From contig JAHYJO010000012.1 in the NCBI GenBank assembly GCA_019429125.1, positions 1 through 48,506 of the forward strand: DNA of 48,506 bases, given 5' to 3'. Below the pieces are notes generated by a model. It was not told the origin of the DNA and did no database searches. It saw only the letters and a program-made list of their open reading frames with translations. This DNA comes from Nanobdellati archaeon (GTDB taxonomy: Archaea; EX4484-52; GLR71). This document shows, piece by piece, positions 38,167-46,790 of this stretch (positions are counted from its first letter, which is position 1; the number at the start of each line of letters is the position of its first letter). A program made the position numbers and the translations under genes.

Positions 38167-40266
38167 TTAGTCTATTATTTTTGTTTCTGCCATTAGTTCT
38201 GGTCCTAACAGTTCGGATGGGTCTGCATTTTGTTTTGCTAGATCTACAATCTTTGTTTCATTTCTATAATATTCTGCAAAGACTTTTCCTACTGCATTTA
38301 CACTTTTTATGTTATAATCTAACATCCATTGCAGTATTGTCTGTTTATTTTTTAGATCTTCTTCAACTTCAATTTCGTTCATTCCAGTTAATAGATGAAT
38401 TTCGTTCAAGAGTCGTATAAATCGTCCAACTTTTTCAAAAGTATCATCTCTTGCATTCCATTTGTATATGACATTAACCTTATTTGATAAATCTTCAAGA
38501 GGTATTATTTCTGCAAGTTCAAGATTTCGCCTTATGCCTTTTCTTCTGTGTCTGTATTGGATAAGCATCAAATGAAGTGCACTGATTAGTGGTTCTGGTA
38601 AGTCTATTGGGGGGTTGGTAAGTCTTTTGTATGCTTGATCTGCTGTGTCTGAGTGGAATGTTGCATATGCTGAGTGTCCTGTTCTGATTGCTTCAAACAT
38701 TACTTCTGCTTCTTTTGCTCGTCGTATTTCTCCTACAATGATTCTGTCTGGACGCATACGGAGTGCATTTGCAAGAAGGTCAAGCATACTTACGCCACCT
38801 TGTCCTTCTGGATTTGGTTCTCTTGATGAGAATGGTATCCAGTGCAGGTATTTAGGTAATTGTATTTCTCGGGTATCCTCAATTGACAATATTCTTTGGT
38901 TGGGGGGTATGAATGGGATTAGTGCATTTAGTAGCGATGTCTTTCCTGAGGCAGTACCTCCAACGACAAGTATATTTAGTTCGAATTGCATTGAAAGCCA
39001 TATGATTGCTGCAACTTCAATAGATAAAGTTTTTATTTTTGGGTCAATCATGTTTATTATTGTCCATGGAGATCTTGAGAACCGTCTAATCGTTATTGTG
39101 TTACCTTTAGTTGATATTGGGAACAGTGTCGCATTGACTCTGTCTCCAGTTGATAAGTGCGCATCCATCAGTGGGTGGACATTTGTTATCTGTCGTCCGA
39201 CTTTTCTACCTATGGCTGCCATGTAATTGTATATAGTCTCTTCATTTTTGAAAGTGATTGTGGTCTTTACCCAACCGAATTTTTTGTGATAGACCCATAC
39301 AGGTTCTTCACAGTTATTTATGACAATCTCTTCAAGATAGTTATCATTTAAAAGAATTTCTATATCTCCAAGACCGAGCATTTCATGGATAAGTATACCA
39401 ACAAGTATCTTTTTTTCATTTTCACTCGATTCTGGTAGGAGTTGTCCTAATATATCCATAGCTTTAACCATGAATTTTTCTTTAACTTCTGTATATGTTT
39501 TAGGATCTATGAATTCTGAAGTTGTCAGTTGTACCATCGATATGACTTCTTCCCTTACATGATTTAATATTGCATGTGTGGCTTCGTGAAGTTTTGGTTG
39601 TTCAACAGAATAAATGGGTATGTATTCGTCTTCATTCTCTAAGATTGTAATTTGTGCAGTAAGGTTATCGGAAGTTATTTCATATTCTAAGAGTATTTTA
39701 TCATTTGTATTTGATGTTTTGTTTATATTTGTTTTTGGTTCTTTGTTTTTGATTTCTGTATGTTTTTTGTTATTTTCTTTATGTTCTGTTTTTATTTGCT
39801 CTTTAGGTTTATTTTCAATAGGTTTTTCTTTCATTTCATTTTTTTGTTTGTTTTCTGTTTGCCCTTCGTTATCTTTTTGTTCTTTGTCTGGTTGTTCAAT
39901 ATTATCTTTATTATCATCATCTGTTTTAGTTTTAAATGATAGTATTTTGTCTATTGGGTTCTTTTTGTCTTGTTTATTATTATTATTATTATTATTATTC
40001 GTTCTATTTTTTTGGGAAGTATCAATTATATCTTTTGAATGTTTAAATGAGTCAGTAATCTTATTTTTTATTTCTTGATGTTCTTTGTTCGTTTTTGTAT
40101 GTTTATCTGTATCTTTTTTCTGTGCGTTTGTTTTAATTTTATTTAGTTTGTCTTTGATGTCGTTTTTATTTATTTTTTTTGTTTTTTTGATAGGTTTGTT
40201 TTTACTATTTTTTTTGCTGAAGAATTCTGAGAATATATCTGAATAATTATTGCTATTAGATTTCAT
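38167..40266 (-). CDS. Type II/IV secretion (CpaF/TadA/FlaI-like) pilus ATPase with long low-complexity N-terminus
   Basis: GGTASGKT, IEDTRE, ALRMRPDRIIVGEIR, TGHSAYATFH. Confidence 0.94.
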   Translation of the reverse strand: MKSNSNNYSDIFSEFFSKKNSKNKPIKKTKKINKNDIKDKLNKIKTNAQKKDTDKHTKTNKEHQEIKNKITDSFKHSKDIIDTSQKNRTNNNNNNNNKQDKKNPIDKILSFKTKTDDDNKDNIEQPDKEQKDNEGQTENKQKNEMKEKPIENKPKEQIKTEHKENNKKHTEIKNKEPKTNINKTSNTNDKILLEYEITSDNLTAQITILENEDEYIPIYSVEQPKLHEATHAILNHVREEVISMVQLTTSEFIDPKTYTEVKEKFMVKAMDILGQLLPESSENEKKILVGILIHEMLGLGDIEILLNDNYLEEIVINNCEEPVWVYHKKFGWVKTTITFKNEETIYNYMAAIGRKVGRQITNVHPLMDAHLSTGDRVNATLFPISTKGNTITIRRFSRSPWTIINMIDPKIKTLSIEVAAIIWLSMQFELNILVVGGTASGKTSLLNALIPFIPPNQRILSIEDTREIQLPKYLHWIPFSSREPNPEGQGGVSMLDLLANALRMRPDRIIVGEIRRAKEAEVMFEAIRTGHSAYATFHSDTADQAYKRLTNPPIDLPEPLISALHLMLIQYRHRRKGIRRNLELAEIIPLEDLSNKVNVIYKWNARDDTFEKVGRFIRLLNEIHLLTGMNEIEVEEDLKNKQTILQWMLDYNIKSVNAVGKVFAEYYRNETKIVDLAKQNADPSELLGPELMAETKIID

Positions 40267-40327
40267 ATTAACTCAAGAATAATTGTGTGTCTACAGTATA
40301 TATTGTTATACTGTTTATGTCTGGACT

Positions 40328-41737
40328 TTATAGTCTCTCAAATGCATCTGCAATCTGGATAATTTTTCCTTCTTCTTTGTGATTGCCTAAAAGATGAAGT
40401 CCTACTGGCATTTCTTTTGAAGTCCCGCAAGGTACAGAAATCATGGGTATCCCTGCAAGATTGGGTCCGACTGTCAAAATATCCATTGCATATGTCTCAA
40501 CAGGTGTGAGTTTTTCTATTTCTGAAAATTTTGGTGCAATCATGGGCATTGTTGGTGTTGCAAGAACGTCTACCTTATTGAATGCTTTCTTGAAGTCTTC
40601 AATAATCTTTGTCCTCACTTTAAGCGCTTTAAGATAATATTGGTCTCGGTATCCTGCCATTCTTGCATAAGTGCCCAAGATAACTCGTCTTTTTGCTTCA
40701 TCACCTAAATATTTACCTCTGGTCGTTGAGAAATATTCAGTGAAATGTCCTTTTATTTCGTCTTGTGCACCGTAGCGCATACCGCAGTATTTTGCGAGAT
40801 TTGTTGATGCTTCGACAGTTGCGATTATGTAATATGCAGGTATTGCATATTCTGTTGTGGGAAGTGTTATGTCCAATGTTTTTGCGCCTAATTCTTCAAG
40901 CTGTGATATTGCATTTCTTACTTTTTTTTCTACATCTTTGTCTATATTATTAAAATATTCGTTTGGTATACCTATCTTCATGCCTTTTATGTCTTTTCCT
41001 GTATACTTTGTGAAATCATAGGTATCTTCTTGTATGCTTGTCTGGTCAAGTGGATCTTTTCCTGCAATGAGGGATAACATAAGTGCTGAGTCTTTGACAG
41101 TCTTTGATATGGGACCTATCTTATCAAGGGAATTTGCATAGTCTATAAGGCCGTATCTTGAGACTCTTCCGTATGTGGGAGTGAGGCCTACAACTCCACA
41201 GAATGCTGCTGGGCAGGAAATAGAGCCTCCTGTTGATTCTCCAATTGCTATGTGTGGCATATTTATTGTTTTTGTAAACCCTCCGGCACCACCTGACGAA
41301 CCGCCACAGCTCCTTGTTGTGTCAATTGGATTTTTTGGGATACCATATGCTGAATATGTTGAGAATGTTCCAAAACCGAATTCGTCTTGTACCGTTTTTC
41401 CAATTATTATGCTACCGTTTTGTTTTCCACGCGAAATGGCGGTTGCATCAAAAGGAGGTATATAATTTTTGAGTATTTTTGATCCTGCAGTTGACTTGAT
41501 TCCTTTGGTGCATATGTTATCTTTTACTGATACTGGTAAACCTGACAACCTTGTTTTCCTGTCGAGTTTGTCTATTTCTTTTTCAGCGTCTTTTTTTGAT
41601 ATGGTAACGAAGTAGTTATATTTTTTTTGGATGTTTTCAGTCTCTTCAAAGAATTTAGAGTAAAAATCTTTTGTGTCTATGTTTCCGTCTTTTGATTCTT
41701 TTATGAAATCCGATACTGACATCTTTGAGTATTGCAT
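40328..41737 (-). CDS. gatA: Asp/Glu-tRNA amidotransferase subunit A
   Basis: VKDNI, GGSSGG, GESTGGSISCPAAFCG, SRYGLI, EAKRRVILG. Confidence 0.95.
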   Translation of the reverse strand: MQYSKMSVSDFIKESKDGNIDTKDFYSKFFEETENIQKKYNYFVTISKKDAEKEIDKLDRKTRLSGLPVSVKDNICTKGIKSTAGSKILKNYIPPFDATAISRGKQNGSIIIGKTVQDEFGFGTFSTYSAYGIPKNPIDTTRSCGGSSGGAGGFTKTINMPHIAIGESTGGSISCPAAFCGVVGLTPTYGRVSRYGLIDYANSLDKIGPISKTVKDSALMLSLIAGKDPLDQTSIQEDTYDFTKYTGKDIKGMKIGIPNEYFNNIDKDVEKKVRNAISQLEELGAKTLDITLPTTEYAIPAYYIIATVEASTNLAKYCGMRYGAQDEIKGHFTEYFSTTRGKYLGDEAKRRVILGTYARMAGYRDQYYLKALKVRTKIIEDFKKAFNKVDVLATPTMPMIAPKFSEIEKLTPVETYAMDILTVGPNLAGIPMISVPCGTSKEMPVGLHLLGNHKEEGKIIQIADAFERL

Positions 41738-41796
41738 AATTATTACCTATTAATATCTTATTTATTATATTATTTTATTTATCTATAGTTTTTTTC

Positions 41797-42081
41797 CTAA
41801 ATTGCTTTTGGTCCTTTGAAATATCCCTCTTCTATATCTTTTGCGTTTTTAAGTGCGTCTTTCTGTTTTAGGCTTGTTTCTATCTTATCTTTGCGCATGA
41901 TGTTTTTGACTTCTACAGGCTGGAAAGTGGGTTCTGTATTGGTTGTGTCTATTTTTTCAAGCTTTTTGAAACTATCAAGGATGTTATCAAGATCTTTTTC
42001 AAAATTCTTTTTTTCTTCAGCAGTCAGTTCAAGCCGTGCAATGTTAGCGACTTTTTCAATTCGTTCTGTCATCTTGTTCAC
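41797..42081 (-). CDS. gatC: Asp/Glu-tRNA amidotransferase subunit C
   Basis: IEKVANIARLELT...IDTTNTEPT...MRKD...GYFKGPK; upstream of gatA. Confidence 0.93.
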   Translation of the reverse strand: MNKMTERIEKVANIARLELTAEEKKNFEKDLDNILDSFKKLEKIDTTNTEPTFQPVEVKNIMRKDKIETSLKQKDALKNAKDIEEGYFKGPKAI

Positions 42082-42387
42082 TTCTGATTAATATTTTTTA
42101 CTTTAACTTTTATATTTTTGGTGTTTTTAGTCTTTGGGTTCCACAAGAAATGAAGGTTGTGTGGGTATTTTGTGGTTTTGTATTGTTATAGCACTATATT
42201 ATCAGTTTTGATTTTTTGTTTTTAATGTTTCAAAAAACGGCATCAATAGCTCTGTTATTTTTTGTATGTAGTATATGTGATGTTTAATATATATTCTATA
42301 GAATAGTAAACTATATATACTATTAATGTAAAATAAAAGTTAGTATGGTCGACAAATTTGGGCGTTTGTGACCGATTAAAAATGATT

Positions 42388-42411
42388 TATTTGAATTTGG
42401 GCATTCAAATA
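42388..42411. promoter_or_regulatory. Palindromic operator-like site upstream of the second ftsZ
   Basis: TATTTGAAT-TTGGGC-ATTCAAATA, perfect 9-bp arms. Confidence 0.45.
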
Positions 42412-42583
42412 TGTTGGGCAAAAATCTTCTTTGGGTTACTGTTAGTTTTATTTGTGTCAGAGACAATTAGGCAAAATCTCTACAAGTAAAGTGTATTTCA
42501 GAATAAATATATATTATGGTGGTTGAATATATAGTTCGTAATATATGTATTTGAATATATATTTTTTATTTGGGGGAATTAAT

Positions 42584-43699
42584 ATGAGACAAATAATAGA
42601 TAATGTAAATCTGGGCGCCAGCATGACTGGTATTTCGCAGGAAACTCCTGTAACACAGCAAGATGATTTTGATTTTGTAGATGTAAAAGATGCAAAAATC
42701 ACTGTAATCGGTGCTGGTGGTATGGGCAATAATGCTATAAGCAGACTGCATACATTAGGTATTTCTGGTGCGGATACTGTTTCAATAAATACTGATAAAC
42801 AACATCTTCTGTCGATCAAAGCTGATAAAAAAATACTTATAGGTCGTGATGTTACTCGTGGTCTTGGTGCTGGTGGTTATCCTACAGTGGGTAGGCAGGC
42901 AGCTGAAGAATCAGTCAATGATATTAAAGATGCTGTAGCTTCAAGTGATCTTGTTTTTCTTATAGCTGGGATGGGTGGAGGTACAGGTACTGGATGCGCA
43001 CCGGTTGTTGCAAAGATTGCAAAGAAACAGGGTGCTATAGTAATAGGTGTGGTCACAATGCCTTTTAGGATTGAAGGTGGACGAATACCTAAAGCTCAAG
43101 AAGGACTTATGGAACTTAGGAAAACTTGCGATACTGTCATTGTGATTGAGAATGATAAACTTTTGGAGGTTGCAGGAGAAATGCCATTACAGCAGGCATT
43201 TGCAGTGGCTGACGAAATAATTGTTACTATGATTAAAGGTATAACTGAGACAATATCAACACCATCTATTGTAAACCTTGATTATGCGGATGTAAAATCT
43301 GTCATGAACAATGGTGGTGTGGCAGTGATTGGTGTGGGTGAAAGCAGTTCTGCAGCAAGAGCTAGAGAAGCAGTTGAAGAAGCAATGTCTAATCCTCTTT
43401 TAGATGTTGATTACCAAGGTGCAGCAGGTGCTCTTATACATATCTGCGGTGGTCCTGACATGAAGTTGAGCGAGATTGGTGAAATTGGTGAATTTGTCTC
43501 AAAACATCTCGATTCAGATGCATCAACTATATGGGGTGCAAGAGTGGATGAGAATATGCATGGCAAGATTCGCGTGATAACAATAATTACAGGTGTTCAG
43601 TCTGAATATGTCTTGGGTCCTAAACATTTACGTCAAGAACCTAGTACTCAGCCTGTTAAGCAAATGCAACATGAACTTGGTATAAAGTGTATATACTAG
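42584..43699 (+). CDS. ftsZ: Cell division protein FtsZ (FtsZ2-like)
   Basis: [26 protein letters not shown]; GGGGGA RBS before ATG 42584. Confidence 0.96.
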   Translation: MRQIIDNVNLGASMTGISQETPVTQQDDFDFVDVKDAKITVIGAGGMGNNAISRLHTLGISGADTVSINTDKQHLLSIKADKKILIGRDVTRGLGAGGYPTVGRQAAEESVNDIKDAVASSDLVFLIAGMGGGTGTGCAPVVAKIAKKQGAIVIGVVTMPFRIEGGRIPKAQEGLMELRKTCDTVIVIENDKLLEVAGEMPLQQAFAVADEIIVTMIKGITETISTPSIVNLDYADVKSVMNNGGVAVIGVGESSSAARAREAVEEAMSNPLLDVDYQGAAGALIHICGGPDMKLSEIGEIGEFVSKHLDSDASTIWGARVDENMHGKIRVITIITGVQSEYVLGPKHLRQEPSTQPVKQMQHELGIKCIY

Positions 43700-43747
43700 T
43701 GATTTTTACTAGTTTTTTTATTTTTTATATATATAACTCCCTCCCAT

Positions 43748-43788
43748 AGGTGTGCCTTGTGTTTTTTCAGGGTGCACCTTCTTTTTTT
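43748..43788 (+). terminator. Hairpin plus T-tract after ftsZ2
   Basis: AGGTGTGCCTTG / CAGGGTGCACCT 12-bp stem (three G-U pairs) followed by TCTTTTTTT. Confidence 0.55.
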
Positions 43789-43990
43789 AAATTCCTTAAC
43801 CGAAAGCATTAATAAGGTCCTAATTTGAAGGTATATATATCTTTCGTAATAAATTATCTTTTGGAATTAGATATAGTTGTCTTTTCCGGGGTGGAGTTAA
43901 TAGGGGCTTATTGAATCTCAGTGATTCAAAGCTATCTACTTTTTTTCGGGAGACATAATTGTTTATATCTTAATCCAGGGGTGGATATAT

Positions 43991-44143
43991 ATGTATGGGA
44001 ATATAGGGCTTGATGCGTGCGCAGTCATAAAGATTCGGAATCAGAATCCTTTGAATCTTGTGGGCAATGATGCATATTCATATGCGTTGGTCAAAGCAAA
44101 AGATGTGCAGGTTGTGCCAAAGTTGTTTGAAGTAGGGATGTGA
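43991..44143 (+). CDS. Possible 50-aa protein behind a structured leader (not in ORF track)
   Basis: GGGGTGGA RBS at 43978; MYGNIGLDACAVIKIRNQNPLNLVGNDAYSYALVKAKDVQVVPKLFEVGM. Confidence 0.4.
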   Translation: MYGNIGLDACAVIKIRNQNPLNLVGNDAYSYALVKAKDVQVVPKLFEVGM

Positions 44144-44312
44144 TTGTGGATATTATGCAATTATGATTTATCCTTTAATTTTTTATTTTATTTTTTAATA
44201 TTTTTAATATTTTTAATATTTTTAATATAATATCTTCATTTTTTATTAATCTTGATAATTTTTTGTTATTTTTGATATTAACTTTTTTATTATTGTGATG
44301 TTAATTTAGAAC

Positions 44313-46289
44313 ATGGAGTATAAACTGTTGGCTGAAGTCTACAATAAACTTGAATCTACAACACTCAAGCTTGAGAAGGCTGAGATAATATCTGAGTTTC
44401 TTTCTGATCTTAAAAAAGAAGAGTTATCTATGGTCATTTATCTTCTAAATGGTAGGGTTTATCCTGGCTGGTCATCGTCGGAATTGGGACTTTCTTCAAA
44501 CCTTATGATAAAAGCAATATCAAGAGGTTATGGTGTCACTGTGGAAGATATTGAAGATGGATGGAAGATACTTGGCGATCTTGGGCTGGTGGCTGAAAAA
44601 TATTCTGTACAGAAAAAACAGTCTACACTGTTTTCAAGGACTCTTACTTTAAGTAAAGTGTTTAATAACCTCAGAAAGATTGGTGACTTGGGCGGGATGC
44701 GGTCACAAGATAAAAAGTTAGCGCTTGTCTCTGAACTTTTAGGTTCTGTGTCTAATCCTTTTGAGGCACGATATCTTGTGCGCACAGTCATAGGTGACCT
44801 TCGTATCGGTGTTGCAGAAGGGATATTGCGTGATGCTATTGTAGGTGCATTTTTCTCAAATATATATTCTAAAGAGACTCTTGACCAGAAAGTCAATAGT
44901 ATGACTAAGTTTGAGTTGGTAGCAAAATATGCTATTGGTAAAAAGATTGTTGTGGACATTAAGCTTGATGTGTATCTTCTGAAAAAATATGAAGAAGTTT
45001 ATACTGAACTTAACTCTTTAAATGAGGTTATTGTGCGTGATGTTGGTGTGATTGGCGATGATTATTTATCGAAGAAGAAATCAGGTGTTGACTATGTATT
45101 TTTTGATGACTGTTTTATAGGAAATGAAACTAAATCAAAGATAATATCATCTGTCGAGCATGCTTATAATATGACTAATGATTTTTCAGTTGTGGCTCAA
45201 GCTGCGCGTGATGAGGGGATTTCAGGTCTCCATAAACTTCATCTGACTGCAAACCATCCGATAAAAGTCATGCTGTACCAGAAAGCATTGACGATTGAAG
45301 ATGCATTTAATATTGTGGGTGAACCGGCTGCAATTGAATATAAATATGATGGATTCAGGCTTCAGATACATAAGACTCAAGAGGGGATACATCTATTTAC
45401 AAGACGGCTTGAAGAAGTGACTAATCAGTTTCCAGATGTTGTGTCGGCGGTCTCTAAAAATGTAGGTAGCTGGTCATTTATACTTGATTGTGAAGTTGTT
45501 GGCATTGATAAAAATACTGGCAAATGTCTTCCTTTCCAGAAGATATCGCGCAGGATAAAACGAAAATATGATATTGATGATATTGTCAAAGAGATACCTG
45601 TTACTGTACATTTCTTTGATGCGATGATGGTTGATGGAAAAAATCTTATTGATACACCTTATTCTGAGCGTAGGAAACTTCTGGAATCAATAGTTTCTTG
45701 TGATGAGACGGTCATGGTGGCAAAACATATAGTGACTTCTGATGTGTATGTTGTTAAGAATTTTTATGATGAATCGCTTTTCAGAGGAAATGAAGGCATA
45801 ATGATGAAAAATATGTCAGCACCTTACAAGCCAGGGAGTAGGGTGGGTTACGGGATAAAGATAAAACCTACAATGGATTCACTTGATCTTGTGATTGTGG
45901 GTGCAGAATATGGTGAAGGTAAACGGGCAGGATGGTTCAGCAGTTTTAATCTTGCATGTTATGATTCTGATTCTGGTGAATATCTTACGATTGGAAAACT
46001 TGGGACTGGGATAAAAGAAAAATCTGATGAAGGTGGTACCTCATTTCTGGAACTTACGGATCTTTTAAAACCTCATATACTTGAGGATAAAGGAAAAATT
46101 GTAACTCTTAAACCTACAGTTGTTATTGAGGTACATTTTGAAGAGATACAGAAGTCATTGACGTACAGTTCTGGGTTTGCATTGAGGTTTCCTAGATTTG
46201 TGCGTATAAGAGATGATAGGAGTCCTGAGGATGCATCAAGTATTGATGAGATCTCTTTAGTCTATGGTGGGCAGAGGGGAAGGGGTTAA
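44313..46289 (+). CDS. lig: ATP-dependent DNA ligase
   Basis: EYKYDGFRLQIH (adenylated Lys), ILDCE, FDAM, EGIMMK, KIKP, DLVIVGAEYGEGKR, FALRFPRFVRIRDD. Confidence 0.96.
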   Translation: MEYKLLAEVYNKLESTTLKLEKAEIISEFLSDLKKEELSMVIYLLNGRVYPGWSSSELGLSSNLMIKAISRGYGVTVEDIEDGWKILGDLGLVAEKYSVQKKQSTLFSRTLTLSKVFNNLRKIGDLGGMRSQDKKLALVSELLGSVSNPFEARYLVRTVIGDLRIGVAEGILRDAIVGAFFSNIYSKETLDQKVNSMTKFELVAKYAIGKKIVVDIKLDVYLLKKYEEVYTELNSLNEVIVRDVGVIGDDYLSKKKSGVDYVFFDDCFIGNETKSKIISSVEHAYNMTNDFSVVAQAARDEGISGLHKLHLTANHPIKVMLYQKALTIEDAFNIVGEPAAIEYKYDGFRLQIHKTQEGIHLFTRRLEEVTNQFPDVVSAVSKNVGSWSFILDCEVVGIDKNTGKCLPFQKISRRIKRKYDIDDIVKEIPVTVHFFDAMMVDGKNLIDTPYSERRKLLESIVSCDETVMVAKHIVTSDVYVVKNFYDESLFRGNEGIMMKNMSAPYKPGSRVGYGIKIKPTMDSLDLVIVGAEYGEGKRAGWFSSFNLACYDSDSGEYLTIGKLGTGIKEKSDEGGTSFLELTDLLKPHILEDKGKIVTLKPTVVIEVHFEEIQKSLTYSSGFALRFPRFVRIRDDRSPEDASSIDEISLVYGGQRGRG

Positions 46290-46790
46290 GATTATGGTAG
46301 TTGTACCAGATAAAAAATTAATAAAACTATTGGATTTTTGATATAGTCTAAATGATGGTGCTAATAGGGATTAAATAAGATGTTAAATCGTTTCAGTAAT
46401 TATGTTAATAGTTACAGCAATTACTGTTTTTGTGTAAACAGATATTTCAAGTGACCTGCTTAATGTTTCTTAAACTCAAACAGAGATTTTACAAATTCAA
46501 CTTGTTTTATTAGGAGATTCAACATCTCCAATTTTTTCAAAATTGAATGTTTTAATTATAGGTGATAATCCTTTGAGTCTGAGTAGTCAAAATCTGTTGA
46601 ATGAACGGAATCAAATAGAATTAATTAGGGTTTGTGTTATAAATGAATATTAAACTGATTTTTGACGGGGTTTATAAATAAAAAATATTTAAAAAATATT
46701 CAAAATCACTCGATTTTTGGACAGTGCCCCGTAAATGATATATATATATATATAGTGTGCCCAATATTATTAATGATTTGTATGATTTGT

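Noticed and set aside
44192-44227. TTTTTAATA x4 tandem repeat
   Set aside because: Low-complexity slippage in AT-rich intergenic DNA with no supporting context.
44856-45140. Intein in DNA ligase
   Set aside because: No C-terminal His-Asn followed by Cys/Ser/Thr, and no recognisable splicing blocks.
46290-46730. Possible gene remnant in the 440-bp gap after lig
   Set aside because: Only very short frames and no recognisable motif.
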